Notes: generated by a model not told the origin, from the sequence alone. Positions 42,511 through 52,514 are shown, counted from the first letter of the stretch. The stretch: DNA of 64,000 nucleotides from an uncultured Phycisphaerales bacterium (GCA_963758525.1 CAVWVQ010000005.1:96001-160000), one strand, 5' to 3'. Translations and numbers: made by a program.

Positions 42511-43746
42511 TCACGCAACGTACGTCTTCTTCTTCCGGCCGCTGAGGTAGCTCTCCATGATGCACGACGCGAGTTCGCCGCTGGAGGTGTAGAACGCCAC
42601 GCCTTTGGTGAGCTTCGCGAGCTGATCGACGAAGCCGACCCAGTCCATTCCCCAATAATCTTCGATCAGCGCGAAGGTGCTGATCCGGCATCCCTCGCGG
42701 ACCGCGCTCACCGCTTCCTTCAACGTAGCGATCGTGCTCCGCTGATCCGGCGGATAAAGCAGATAGCAGAAATCCCCCTCCACATGCGCCGTCGGCTGCC
42801 CGTCGGTAATGATGAAAATCTGTTTGTTCTCGCTGGTGCGCTTGCGCAAAATCCGCCGTGCAAGCTGCAGCCCCATATGCAGATTCGTGAAATGCTGCGG
42901 AGCCTTGGAAAGCTGATCCAACGGCACCTTCAACCGAACCTGATAGTCATACACCGTCACCGGCTTGGGCATCGACAGCGGCAGCGCCGCCTCGGCGATC
43001 TTCGACGCCCCCGAATAAAACCCGACAAAGTCGATCGAATCCTGCGGAAAGCGCTCGTGCACCAGCGCCTGCATCGCCATCGCCACCTTCTTCGCCGACA
43101 GATACCGTCCGTACCGCATCATCGAGCCGCTCATATCCAGCAGAACCACCGTCGAGCAACTCGTCACCCCTTCGTGCAGATGCAATTCGAAATCGTTCTC
43201 ATTAAACCGAATCAAAGGACTCTTAGCGGCACTACTTCCCTCCGCTTCCTTCCCTCCGTGCCGCAGTTTACCCGCCGCGGCGGGTGCCTCCGTGCCTTCG
43301 TGCCTCTCTTTTCCCCCTTCTCTTGCCAACGCATTCCGAATCGTCTGATGCAGATCCAGCTCGCTGACGGGATCCCCATACTGATACGGCTTGGTCCCTT
43401 CGATCCGCTCTCCGCCAAGGCCCGGCGTCACCTTCTCGTGCCCGTCGCGCTGGCCATTGCGCAAATTTGCGAAGACCTCCATCAATGCTTTCCGCTGCAT
43501 CTTCGTCACAGCGCGCGGCGTCAGCTTCAATTTCCCGTTGCCGTCCTTGTCGAGCATGCCGTCCTTGAGCAGTTGTTCGAGCATGTCCGACTGGGCCTGA
43601 TCCTTGGGATCTTTGAGCATCTGCTCGATCGCTTTGAGCGCCTGATCGCCGTATTGCAGAATGAACTGCATGAGCTGGTCGAACCCGAAGAGCTTGTCCT
43701 GGGTTGGAAATTCTTCGCCGTCAAATTCGCCGTAGAAGTACTTCAT
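42511..43746 (-). CDS. VWA domain protein
   Basis: YQYGDPVSELDLHQTIRNA; VVLLDMSGSM, FTNLHMGL, IITDGQPTAH MIDAS motifs. Confidence 0.87.
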   Translation of the reverse strand: MKYFYGEFDGEEFPTQDKLFGFDQLMQFILQYGDQALKAIEQMLKDPKDQAQSDMLEQLLKDGMLDKDGNGKLKLTPRAVTKMQRKALMEVFANLRNGQRDGHEKVTPGLGGERIEGTKPYQYGDPVSELDLHQTIRNALAREGGKERHEGTEAPAAAGKLRHGGKEAEGSSAAKSPLIRFNENDFELHLHEGVTSCSTVVLLDMSGSMMRYGRYLSAKKVAMAMQALVHERFPQDSIDFVGFYSGASKIAEAALPLSMPKPVTVYDYQVRLKVPLDQLSKAPQHFTNLHMGLQLARRILRKRTSENKQIFIITDGQPTAHVEGDFCYLLYPPDQRSTIATLKEAVSAVREGCRISTFALIEDYWGMDWVGFVDQLAKLTKGVAFYTSSGELASCIMESYLSGRKKKTYVA

Positions 43747-44051
43747 CGTGCGAGATTGTAGGCGCCCGGCGCAAAAGAGATGAGCGGTTGCCAGTCATCT
43801 TCATTGAAAGCCAACGGATCGCCATCCGTTGGTCCCGCGTGCAGAGCAAGTTCCAGGTTAGGATCGAGATCACCAGTGACACGAAGGAGCTCAGTGGTGA
43901 TCGGAACAATGTTGACGCTCTGCGAAGGGCCAAGCCACGCCGGCACGGCTCGGCGAGACCCGGCCCAACCCGGAGGCACGAACGGGCGGAGGGAAATGCA
44001 ATCGCGACCTGAACCCTGAACCCTGAACCCTGAACCCTGAACCCTACCCAT
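43743..44051 (-). CDS. Small hypothetical protein translationally coupled to the VWA gene (start uncertain)
   Basis: Stop overlaps the VWA ATG (ATGA); the candidate N-terminus MGRVQGSGFRVQGSG is encoded by a heptamer array. Confidence 0.45.
   Translation of the reverse strand: MGRVQGSGFRVQGSGRDCISLRPFVPPGWAGSRRAVPAWLGPSQSVNIVPITTELLRVTGDLDPNLELALHAGPTDGDPLAFNEDDWQPLISFAPGAYNLAR
44009..44045. repeat. (CTGAACC)5 heptamer array
   Basis: CTGAACCCTGAACCCTGAACCCTGAACCCTGAACCCT; same unit as 16083-16285. Confidence 0.92.
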
Positions 44052-44115
44052 TGCTTGACGTTCGCCGCATGGTTGAAATAATCCGCCCGCGGACAACCGC
44101 GCGTTGGAGAAAAGC

Positions 44116-44770
44116 ATGGATCAGCCCCGACCGGAGCTTATTCCCGATCCTGCCGTAAGGCGGCTGAGTCTGTACCTGCGCCAACTCGAAGGCTTCGCGC
44201 AAAGAGGTCCGAACGATCTCCAGCAAGCAGCTCGGTGAGAGCCTGGGGCTGACTGATGCCCAGGTGCGCAAGGACCTGGCCTATTGCGGGCAATTCGGAC
44301 ACCCGGGGATTGGGTATCGCGTCGACGAACTGATCGCGCAGATGCGCCGCATTCTCGGCACCGATAAAACGTGGAATGTCCTGCTTGTGGGGGCGGGCAA
44401 TCTCGGCCGGGCATTGTCGGCTTATCGCGGCTTTGATGCCAAGGGATTTCGGCTTGTGGCAGTCTTCGACACCGACCCGACAAAGGTTGGGCACAAGCAC
44501 GGCGATTTCATCGTTCAGCCATTGAACGAGATTGAGGCAGCCGTGCGCGATCAGGGCGCCCGTCTGGCGATCATCGCCGTTCCGGCGGATGCGGCACAGG
44601 AAGTCGCCAATCTGCTCGTCGATGCCGGTGTGCGCGGGCTCCTCAACTTCGCCCCTGTGTCGATCACCTTGCCGTCGAATGTCGCGCTCTCGACGGTTGA
44701 CGTTGCCGTTCAGCTCGAGCAGCTTTCGTTTCAGGTCAACGCGGCTGATGTGACCGCGAAGGGCTCGTAG
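44116..44770 (+). CDS. rex: Redox-sensing transcriptional repressor Rex, apparent frameshift near 44203
   Basis: IPDPAVRRLSLYLRQL, then TISSKQLG...QVRKDLAYCGQFGHPGIGY, VGAGNLGRAL, FDTDP, LNFAP. Confidence 0.94.
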
Positions 44771-44783
44771 AAAAAGGAATTTC

Positions 44784-46538
44784 ATGCGTTGGACGCAGTC
44801 ACTGATCCCGACTCAAAAAGAAAACCCGGCCGACGCGCAGATCGTCAGCCACCAATTGATGATCCGTGCCGGGCTGATTCGTCAGCTCACGGCGGGCGCG
44901 TATGACTTTCTGCCTCTGGGGCTGCGCAGCTTGCAGAAGGCGGCGGCGATCGTGCGCGAGGAGATGAATGCGATCGGGTGCGCGGAAGTGCTCTTGCCCG
45001 CGCTGCAGCCGGCGGAGCTTTGGCAGAAGACCGGCCGCGACATCAGCTACGGGCAGAACCTGATGACGTTCAAAGATCGCCATGGACGAGCCAACGTGCT
45101 TGGACCGACGCACGAGGAAGTGATCACGGAGCTGGTTTCAGCTTTTGTGACTTCTTATAAGCAGCTTCCGCTGAGCCTGTATCAGATTCAGACCAAATTC
45201 CGCGACGAATTTCGGCCCCGCTTCGGCTTGCTGCGCGTGCGCGAGTTTTTGATGAAGGACGCCTACAGCTTTCACGCCAATGTGGAAAGCCTTGGCGTGA
45301 CGTACGACGCGATGTACGCGGCCTATTCGAAGATCTTCACCCGCTGCGGCGTGCCGTTTGTGGTGGTCGAAGCGGAAGCGGGTCCGATCGGCGGGAGCGC
45401 CAGCCATGAATTCATGGCCGCGTGCGAAGCCGGGGAAGACATGATTGTCACCAGCGACAAGGGGAACTACGCCGCGAACGTGGAGAAAGCGGAGACTGGC
45501 GATCGGCCGTTCACCCTTTCCGCGGAGCCGACCGGAGCGTTGGAGAAAATACACACCCCGAATCTGCCCGGCATCGAGGACGTCGGCAAGTTTCTGAAGG
45601 TGAAGCCGAAGAACATGCTCAAGACGCTGGTCTTCGCCGCCCAAAGCCCCGATACCATCAACACGAAATGGCTGGTCGCGGTGGTTCGCGGCGATCATGA
45701 GGTGAACGAGGCAAAGCTCGCCCGCGTCGCGAAGGAGAAGTTCGCAATCACGTCGGTAAAGCTCGCCGATGCTCCTGAAACCCGGGAGCATTTCGCGATC
45801 GGGTTTGTCGGCCCCGACGCGGCGATGAAAAACCCGCGGGCGGTGCTGCTGATCGACGCCGACGCGGCCCAGGGCGGTTTCTGGGCTTCGGGAGCAAATG
45901 AGATCGACTACCACGTGAAGCACTTCAACTGGTTTCGCGAAGCGGGCGATCGGCTGGCCGACCCGACGAAAGTCGCCGTCGCGGATATCCGCAACGCGCA
46001 GAACGGTGACCCCTCACCGAAGAACGACGGGGGCAAGCTCACCGCCGCGCGCGGCATCGAGATCGGCCACGTCTTCAAGCTCGGCACCAAATATTCCGAT
46101 GCGTTGGGCGCTGATTTTCTTGACGATTCCGGCCAGAAGCATCCCATGATCATGGGATGCTACGGCATCGGCATCGGCCGCATTCTCATCGCTGCCATCG
46201 AGAGTTTTCACGACGACAAGGGCATCGTCTGGCCCACCGCCATCGCCCCGTACACGGTTGTCATCACACCGATCAAATACGAAGGCCACGTGAAATCCAC
46301 TGCCGACCAATTGCACGACGAACTGAATGCCGCCGGCATCGACACATTGCTCGATGATCGCGACGCCCGCCCCGGCTCCAAGTTTGCCGACGCCGATCTC
46401 ATCGGCTTTCCGATCCGCATCACCATCGGCGATCGCGGTCTGAAGGAAGGGAAAATCGAGATCAAACTCCGGAAAGAAACCGAGCCGAAAATGATTGCGG
46501 TGGGAGAGACGATTGCCCACGTGCGCGGCCTCCTTTAG
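44784..46538 (+). CDS. proS: Proline--tRNA ligase (bacterial type with editing domain)
   Basis: SHQLMIRAGLIRQ, LGPTHEE, YQIQTKFRDEFRPRFGLLRVREFLMKDAYSF, GIEIGHVFKLGTKYS, MGCYGIG, KFADADLIG. Confidence 0.98.
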   Translation: MRWTQSLIPTQKENPADAQIVSHQLMIRAGLIRQLTAGAYDFLPLGLRSLQKAAAIVREEMNAIGCAEVLLPALQPAELWQKTGRDISYGQNLMTFKDRHGRANVLGPTHEEVITELVSAFVTSYKQLPLSLYQIQTKFRDEFRPRFGLLRVREFLMKDAYSFHANVESLGVTYDAMYAAYSKIFTRCGVPFVVVEAEAGPIGGSASHEFMAACEAGEDMIVTSDKGNYAANVEKAETGDRPFTLSAEPTGALEKIHTPNLPGIEDVGKFLKVKPKNMLKTLVFAAQSPDTINTKWLVAVVRGDHEVNEAKLARVAKEKFAITSVKLADAPETREHFAIGFVGPDAAMKNPRAVLLIDADAAQGGFWASGANEIDYHVKHFNWFREAGDRLADPTKVAVADIRNAQNGDPSPKNDGGKLTAARGIEIGHVFKLGTKYSDALGADFLDDSGQKHPMIMGCYGIGIGRILIAAIESFHDDKGIVWPTAIAPYTVVITPIKYEGHVKSTADQLHDELNAAGIDTLLDDRDARPGSKFADADLIGFPIRITIGDRGLKEGKIEIKLRKETEPKMIAVGETIAHVRGLL

Positions 46539-46543
46539 CCGAG

Positions 46544-46568
46544 TTTAGCCGCCTCGCTTGCGAGGCGT
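46544..46568. repeat. Short palindromic repeat, second copy at 17640-17665
   Basis: TTTAGCCGCCTCGCTTGCGAGGCG versus TTTAGCCGCCTCGCTCGCGAGGCG. Confidence 0.8.
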
Positions 46569-46703
46569 GTTCCCTCCCGGCAAGTCCGCTCATGGAATCT
46601 GCCTGGATAGAGGGGGGAGCTTCGACATTCGGATTTCCTGAATCGGCCCTCACCCCAGTCCTGTCCGGGAGTACGACGGTGGGGGGGAATGCTGAGACTG
46701 ACA

Positions 46704-47783
46704 ATGGAATCCCCGCAACCGGTGGAAGTGGCGAAGGGGCTGTTCGGCGGGCCCGGTTTTGCCGTCAGCAGGAATGGTGAAAACGTCGAAGTCCGAATCC
46801 CGTCCCCACGGCGCGGGCCGGTCATCCTGCTGAACTGGCTCTGGAATCTGCTGATCGTCGGCGGCTGCGTTTACGCGATCGCCGCTCTGGCTCCGCTATG
46901 GGAATCTCGGGAGGACGGAGTCGACGTCTGCAGCATGATCGGCACGCTATTCCTCGCCGTGATCCTGGTCTGGTCATCGGTCGGGGCGCTTCGACGAATT
47001 GCCCGTGCCCACCGCCGCCGCCTGCAAACGCTGATCGGCGTAACCGACGGCATTCTCTGGTGCGAGCCGGCGGACGCGCCGCCAGCGCGATTCCGCTGGC
47101 CGGTGAACGAGGTTTCGCGTCTCCGCGCGCGGCGGCGAAGATTTTCCCGCCGGGTCTTCTGGCTCGAAGTCCGTTCGCGTCATCGGGCATTGATCAGGCT
47201 GCGGATCTCGGGCCGTAAGAGAATCGCAGTTGAACCTGTGGATCACATCCTGCAACACGCGATGCGCGAGGTCCTGGCAGCATCGCACAGCCCTGAGGAG
47301 CCGCAGGACATGCAGTCGAAGACGCTCGCGTACGCGCCCATGCCCTCTTCTCCCGCGCCAGCGGCGAAATCGAATGATCCCATCGTGCGCTACTTCGGCG
47401 GCGAGGCTGCAATCGAATGGGTGACAGTCGCATCCTACGAGCGATTTTCAGATTTTCACACCGCGCACAGCGCGCTGTGGGTGATCGATATCCCCGGCCG
47501 GCTTGGCTCACCTCCCGATCACAAGCCGCCGGGCTATCAACTGCTGGTTCCGAAGGGTCACGCGGAAGCGGCTCGCCGGATCGTCGTGCGACCCCAGGAG
47601 TGGCTCGATCAAAGCCATTGCCCGCGCTGCGGCTGCCCCGGCATGCGGCTGAGTTTTCCCGGCCGGATCGCGCAGCTTCAGGCATCCGATGTCACCGATC
47701 ACGTTCAGCCCCGCGTGGCGTTTGTGCGGGACGTGCGGCCAGCCGTTCTCGGTAATGAATTCGGATGGGAGCATGATCGGTGA
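46704..47783 (+). CDS. Hypothetical membrane protein with DUF2007-like segment and CPxCG knuckle
   Basis: Two TM helices; WVTVASY...YQLLVPKGHAEAARRIV followed by HCPRCG. The C-terminal end may be frameshifted. Confidence 0.55.
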   Translation: MESPQPVEVAKGLFGGPGFAVSRNGENVEVRIPSPRRGPVILLNWLWNLLIVGGCVYAIAALAPLWESREDGVDVCSMIGTLFLAVILVWSSVGALRRIARAHRRRLQTLIGVTDGILWCEPADAPPARFRWPVNEVSRLRARRRRFSRRVFWLEVRSRHRALIRLRISGRKRIAVEPVDHILQHAMREVLAASHSPEEPQDMQSKTLAYAPMPSSPAPAAKSNDPIVRYFGGEAAIEWVTVASYERFSDFHTAHSALWVIDIPGRLGSPPDHKPPGYQLLVPKGHAEAARRIVVRPQEWLDQSHCPRCGCPGMRLSFPGRIAQLQASDVTDHVQPRVAFVRDVRPAVLGNEFGWEHDR

Positions 47784-47814
47784 ATTTTAAAGCGCTTTCG
47801 AGTTGATGTTGCGT

Positions 47815-47870
47815 TGTGGTGCAGGCTTCCAGCCTGCCTCTGGGGAGCAGGCTGGAAGCCCGCACCACAA
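47815..47870. repeat. GTGG-type REP doublet
   Basis: TGTGGTGCAGGCTTCCAGCCTGC ... GCAGGCTGGAAGCCCGCACCACA; related copies at 49179-49236 and 52440-52462. Confidence 0.88.
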
Positions 47871-47939
47871 ATGGCCGCTATTCCAACCGGAAACTGCTCT
47901 AAGTCCAGGTCGATCGTGGCGCGCGTGGCACGTAAACCA

Positions 47940-49130
47940 CTATTCGACCCCAAATCGTTTCACCAGTTCCACGAACATGCGCATCCCTACTTCCATGGCG
48001 GCATCCGTAAAATCGTAGCGGTCGCTGTGCAGCGGCGGATAGCTGCTGGCACCTGGGGGCTCGACTCCGACCAGGAAGAAGCAGCCGGGAACTTTCTCGA
48101 GGTAGTAGGCAAAATCCTCGCCGCCCATCGAGGGCTTGGGCGCGGTGAGATAGCCATCGGGGCCGAAAGTCGCGCGGGCGGTTTGGGCGACGTAGTCGGT
48201 CATCTGAGGATCATTGATGGTGGGGGGATATCCGTCCATCCAATCGAATCTCAGATCGCAGGCGTTGGCCTGCGCGATGCCGGCACAGCGGCGTTTGATC
48301 GCCGCGGCAATCATGGCGCGGGCCTGCGGATGCAGCGTGCGAGCGGTCCCTTCGATGGTTGCGGTATCGGGAATGATGTTGGTCGCGGTTCCGGCGTTGA
48401 ACTTGCCGATCGTGACGACTGCCGAGTCGGTTGGGTCGAATTCGCGGCTGACAAACTGTTGCAGATTGAGCACCGCCTCGGCGGCGGCGACGATCGGATC
48501 GATGCCCATGTGGGGAAATGCCGCGTGCACTCCGCGGCCGATGAAGGTGGCGCCGAAGGTGTCCGTCGCCGCCAGCAGTGTGCCGGGTTTGCTGGCGATC
48601 AGACCGACTTTCAATCCGGGCCACCCGTGCAATCCAAAAATGGCGCGAACGCCCGGCCCCAGGCGTCCGTCCAGCACGCCCGCGCGGATCAACCGCGCGG
48701 CTCCGCCGCCGCCCTCTTCCGCGGGCTGGAAGATCAATTTCACGCAGACGCCAAGTTCCGGCATCATTGATTGGAGCGTGGCCGCGACGCCCAGCAACGT
48801 TGCGGTATGGCCATCATGGCCGCAGGCGTGCATCCGCCCGGGATGCGTGCTCGCATAGGGAAGCCCCGTCTGCTCAACGATCGGCAATGCGTCGATATCG
48901 GCTCGCAACGCGACACAGGGAAGACTGACGTTGCCTATCCACGCGATCGTTGCCGTCGGCGCCTCTGTTCCCCCGTCAACATGAGCGATGCCCAGCCGGT
49001 CCAGTTCCGCGCGGATGATTGCCGCGGTTTTGAATTCTTCGTAGGCAACCTCCGGGATCTGATGGAGGCGATGCCGAAGGTCAGTTGCCCGGCTCAATTG
49101 CTGATTGATTGACGAGGATAGCGTTGTCAT
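47940..49130 (-). CDS. M20 family amidohydrolase
   Basis: LHQIPE, ALRADIDALP, MHACGHDGH, FQPAEEG, MGGEDFA, LHS. Confidence 0.95.
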   Translation of the reverse strand: MTTLSSSINQQLSRATDLRHRLHQIPEVAYEEFKTAAIIRAELDRLGIAHVDGGTEAPTATIAWIGNVSLPCVALRADIDALPIVEQTGLPYASTHPGRMHACGHDGHTATLLGVAATLQSMMPELGVCVKLIFQPAEEGGGGAARLIRAGVLDGRLGPGVRAIFGLHGWPGLKVGLIASKPGTLLAATDTFGATFIGRGVHAAFPHMGIDPIVAAAEAVLNLQQFVSREFDPTDSAVVTIGKFNAGTATNIIPDTATIEGTARTLHPQARAMIAAAIKRRCAGIAQANACDLRFDWMDGYPPTINDPQMTDYVAQTARATFGPDGYLTAPKPSMGGEDFAYYLEKVPGCFFLVGVEPPGASSYPPLHSDRYDFTDAAMEVGMRMFVELVKRFGVE

Positions 49131-49239
49131 GACTTAGGCTATGCGCGACCGTGCGCAGGGACACGCCGCATAAATTGCTTGTGGTGCAGGCGTTCAGCGG
49201 CGCGGTCGGAGAGGCGGCGTACGGCCTGCACCACAATGG

Positions 49240-49980
49240 TTAAAACAACTGATCCAGCACGTTCTCCATCGGCATCTGAATGCACGTGAAAATCGGCGTG
49301 TCGCGCAGCGTGTATTTGCTGCTTTGCGTCTCGCGCAATTCCATCACCAGATCGAGGAAATCCTTGGGCTCGTCCGTTTCAAACGCGACGACAAACTCCT
49401 GATCGTCCAGGCCGAAGCTGTAGGTCGTGTTCAGCTTCACGCTCGGATATTTGTTGCCGACGCGGATGTGAACATCCATGATCTCCTGCCGCTTTTCCAG
49501 GGGCAGTAGGTACCAGTCGCGCGTTTTGACGAAGGGATAGATGAACAGATATTTGCGCTTGCCGGGAATGATGTGCGTCCGGCTCTCAGCCGTGTGAAAC
49601 GGGTCGAGCTTGTCGATATACATGCTGCGCTTGGTCATCGACACGAAGGAAAAGGGCGTCGTGAGGTAAGCGCCCAGCCGCGACTTGTTGATCAGTTGCG
49701 ACTGCGATTGGAATTCGTCCGGGGTCTGTGCGATGCGCCAAAGAAGAAACTCGCATTCGGGCCGCAGGCCCAGCGTGCTGTAGCTGAGGCACAGCATGCC
49801 CGGGCGACGCTCCTGGAAGAGCGAAAGGAATTCGCTGCGGGCCTGAATCTTCTCGTGATCGCTAAGCCGGCGAAACGCCGGATCGATCTTGTAGAACGAG
49901 AAATTGACGAATTGCCGTTGCACGGCCGGGGAGGCGGGCGCTGCTTGCGGTGGGGTGCTTGTGTCTGCCTGCTGGGTCAT
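49240..49980 (-). CDS. Chlorite dismutase family protein (probable coproheme decarboxylase ChdC/HemQ type)
   Basis: YSTLGLRP, YLFIYPFVKTRDWYLLP, H..VG.KY, YSFGLDDQEFVVAFE, LVMELRE. Confidence 0.88.
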   Translation of the reverse strand: MTQQADTSTPPQAAPASPAVQRQFVNFSFYKIDPAFRRLSDHEKIQARSEFLSLFQERRPGMLCLSYSTLGLRPECEFLLWRIAQTPDEFQSQSQLINKSRLGAYLTTPFSFVSMTKRSMYIDKLDPFHTAESRTHIIPGKRKYLFIYPFVKTRDWYLLPLEKRQEIMDVHIRVGNKYPSVKLNTTYSFGLDDQEFVVAFETDEPKDFLDLVMELRETQSSKYTLRDTPIFTCIQMPMENVLDQLF

Positions 49981-50102
49981 AAGGAAAGTGTAGCATATTG
50001 GAGGCTGAAGGTTGAAAGCGCCCGTCCCGTGGTTTTCCTCAAATCCAGCCGGCATCCAGGGAATAGGCTTGCGGTGGCGACAGATTCTTGTATAAGATTC
50101 GT

Positions 50103-50357
50103 ATGGGCGAAACGGCGTTTCGGTGGAATGAATGGAACCGCGAGCACGCCACAAGGCACGGTTGCACGGTCGACGAAATAGAGTCTGTGGTCCGTCGTGG
50201 CGGGCGAGGTTATCCCCGCAGCGTCGATAGCAAGAAATGGGTCGTTGTCGGCCGGGGGATTGGTGATCGGGTCATTCGTGTGATCTATGTGATCGATCCA
50301 GACCGCACGATTTACGTCATCCATGCCATGCCGCTCACCATGCGTCGGCGGAGATAA
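50103..50357 (+). CDS. BrnT-like / DUF4258 toxin
   Basis: FRWNEWNREHATRHGCTVDEIESVV...VVGRG..RVIRVIY...YVIHAMPL. Confidence 0.78.
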   Translation: MGETAFRWNEWNREHATRHGCTVDEIESVVRRGGRGYPRSVDSKKWVVVGRGIGDRVIRVIYVIDPDRTIYVIHAMPLTMRRRR

Positions 50358-50392
50358 GAAAAGGCTTGCAAACGCCCCGGAAGGCAATTTTC

Positions 50393-50734
50393 ATGAGCAA
50401 ATCAAACGGAAGACAAAAGGAAATGTCCGCGTCCTACTTCAGCGATCTGCCCGATGCGGAAAAGGAGAAGATTTTTGCGGAGATCGAGTCCAAGACGCAC
50501 GAGCAAATTCTCGCTGAGTCCCGGCCGCTCAACGCGAAGGAAAGAGCCCAGTGGAAGGAACTCAAGAAAAAAATGGGCCGGCCGAAAATCGGCAAAGGCT
50601 CGAAGATCATCACGATGAGCATCGAGCGCGATCTTCTGAAGCGCGCCACGCAGTTCGCCAAGGCCAACGGCATCAACCGATCGGCGCTCATCGCGAAGGG
50701 TCTCGAAGCTGTGATGCGGAAAAAGACGGGCTGA
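50393..50734 (+). CDS. Putative antitoxin with C-terminal ribbon-helix-helix-like motif
   Basis: GRPKIG...ITMSIERDLLKRATQFAKANGINRSALIAKGL; directly downstream of the BrnT-like gene. Confidence 0.7.
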   Translation: MSKSNGRQKEMSASYFSDLPDAEKEKIFAEIESKTHEQILAESRPLNAKERAQWKELKKKMGRPKIGKGSKIITMSIERDLLKRATQFAKANGINRSALIAKGLEAVMRKKTG

Positions 50735-50736
50735 CA

Positions 50737-51261
50737 TCAATATTCAACGACCGCATGCACCGGCTTGCCGACCTTCTCGCGGCCGCCAAGGCCTTTAAGC
50801 TCGATGAGGACCGCGACCCCGGCGATTTCGCCGCCGAGCTTATCGACCATGTCGCAGCAGGCTTTCATCGTGCCGCCCGTCGCCAGCAGATCGTCCACCA
50901 CCAGCACGCGCTGGCCGCGCACGATGGCATCGGCATGCATCTCGAGCGTGTCCTTGCCATATTCAAGGTCGTAGCTCATGGAGATTTTCTGATGCGGCAA
51001 CTTGCCCGGCTTGCGCACCAGAACAAATCCCGCCGACAGGCAGCAGGCGACCGCCGTTCCGAAGATGAAGCCGCGGCTTTCCGCGCCGACCACAAGGTCG
51101 ATATTCTTGCCGCGGAACGGATTAGCCATCAACTCGATCGACAGCGCCAGCGCTGATGGATTGGCCAGCAGGGGGGTGATATCCCGGAAGAGAATGCCCT
51201 TCTTGGGAAAATCTGGAATGTCGCGGATGAGCCGTTGGAGCGAGGCGGTTGTGTCTTTCAT
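50737..51261 (-). CDS. apt: Adenine phosphoribosyltransferase
   Basis: IPDFPKKGILFRDITPLL, ESRGF, VRKPGKLP, YDLEYG, VDDLLATGGT. Confidence 0.97.
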   Translation of the reverse strand: MKDTTASLQRLIRDIPDFPKKGILFRDITPLLANPSALALSIELMANPFRGKNIDLVVGAESRGFIFGTAVACCLSAGFVLVRKPGKLPHQKISMSYDLEYGKDTLEMHADAIVRGQRVLVVDDLLATGGTMKACCDMVDKLGGEIAGVAVLIELKGLGGREKVGKPVHAVVEY

Positions 51262-51362
51262 GAGCGCGGGATGGTAAGGCAAACGCGATGTTGCCGCACG
51301 TCCTTGAAGATCCATCGACAGGCGCCGGCGTGCGCGGATATCCAGACGGGGCTTTCCTGATT

Positions 51363-52214
51363 TCACCACACCGGCGACGCGTTCCGGTCGTCGACGTCCC
51401 CATCCATCGTTGCCCGAAGCTTGGCAAGCGATTCATGTTCAATTTGCCGCACGCGCTCGCGGGTGAGACCGATCCGCACCCCGATTTCCTTGAGCGTCAT
51501 GGGATCTTCGCCATCCAGCCCGTAGCGGAGCTTGAGGATCTTGGCGGCCCGTTCGTCGAACCCTTCCAAAAGCTCGGTGAGCAGACGAAGCTGGTCATTG
51601 CCGCTCACCTGCTCGTCGGGCGAAGGATTGTTCGTGTCGGGCACGAGATCGTTAATGGAAAGCTCGCCATCGTCGGACCCGCTCTGCGTCGGCGAACTGT
51701 ATGCCTTGACGGCTTTGCGGATGATCCGCAGCTTCTTGGGCGACAGCTTCATGTGCGCCGACAGTTCGTCGATGGAAGGCACCCGCCCAAGCTTGTCTTC
51801 CAACTCACGATTGGCAACTTTCAGCTTGCCCATCATCTCGACCATATATGCCGGGATATGGATCGGTTGCACACTGTTGATCAGCGCCCGCTTGATGGCC
51901 TGCTTGATCCACCACGAAGCGTAGGTGCTGAATCGGCACCCCATTTCCGGGTCAAAACCCTCTACCGCCTTGAGCAGACCGATATTTCCCTCTTCGATGA
52001 GATCCGGCAGCGTCAGCCCGCGGTTGCTGTAATGCTTGGCGATGTTGACGACCAGTCGCAGATTCGATCGCACCATCCGTTCCCGCGATTCGGGGTCGTT
52101 GTCGGCGATGATGCGCCGGCCAAGATCCTTCTCCTCCTGCGCGGTCAGCAGCGGAGATTCATTGATCTGTCGCAAGTACAGAGTGAGACCGGATTGGACG
52201 GCAGCAGAAGCCAT
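51363..52214 (-). CDS. RNA polymerase sigma factor, RpoD/RpoS family lacking region 1.1
   Basis: YLRQI..PLLT..EE, NLRLVVNIAK, DLIEEGNIGLLKAVEGFD, RFSTYASWWIKQAI, TLKEIG..IGLTRERVRQIE. Confidence 0.95.
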   Translation of the reverse strand: MASAAVQSGLTLYLRQINESPLLTAQEEKDLGRRIIADNDPESRERMVRSNLRLVVNIAKHYSNRGLTLPDLIEEGNIGLLKAVEGFDPEMGCRFSTYASWWIKQAIKRALINSVQPIHIPAYMVEMMGKLKVANRELEDKLGRVPSIDELSAHMKLSPKKLRIIRKAVKAYSSPTQSGSDDGELSINDLVPDTNNPSPDEQVSGNDQLRLLTELLEGFDERAAKILKLRYGLDGEDPMTLKEIGVRIGLTRERVRQIEHESLAKLRATMDGDVDDRNASPVW

Positions 52215-52514
52215 AACTGCTATGCCTATCGGCCGATAAGGGGACCGACTTAGGCTCGATATCGGGGGCGATAAAAGTCCGAATGCGGAGGGATTCAGAA
52301 GCCGGAAGCTGGTGGCGGAAGCCGAAAGAGCAAGTCGAGCGGCGGACGATCCCGATGGCAGGTGCTGAGCGCGGATTGCGCAGGGCCTGGCAGAATTTCT
52401 GGGCCAATAGGAGCAAACTGTGTTTGCGCGGCGGGGATTGCAGGCTGGAAGCCCGCACCACACGCGAGTGTCCCCTTCGCGTTTCGAGTGTCCCGCTTCG
52501 CTTTTACGGGACCA

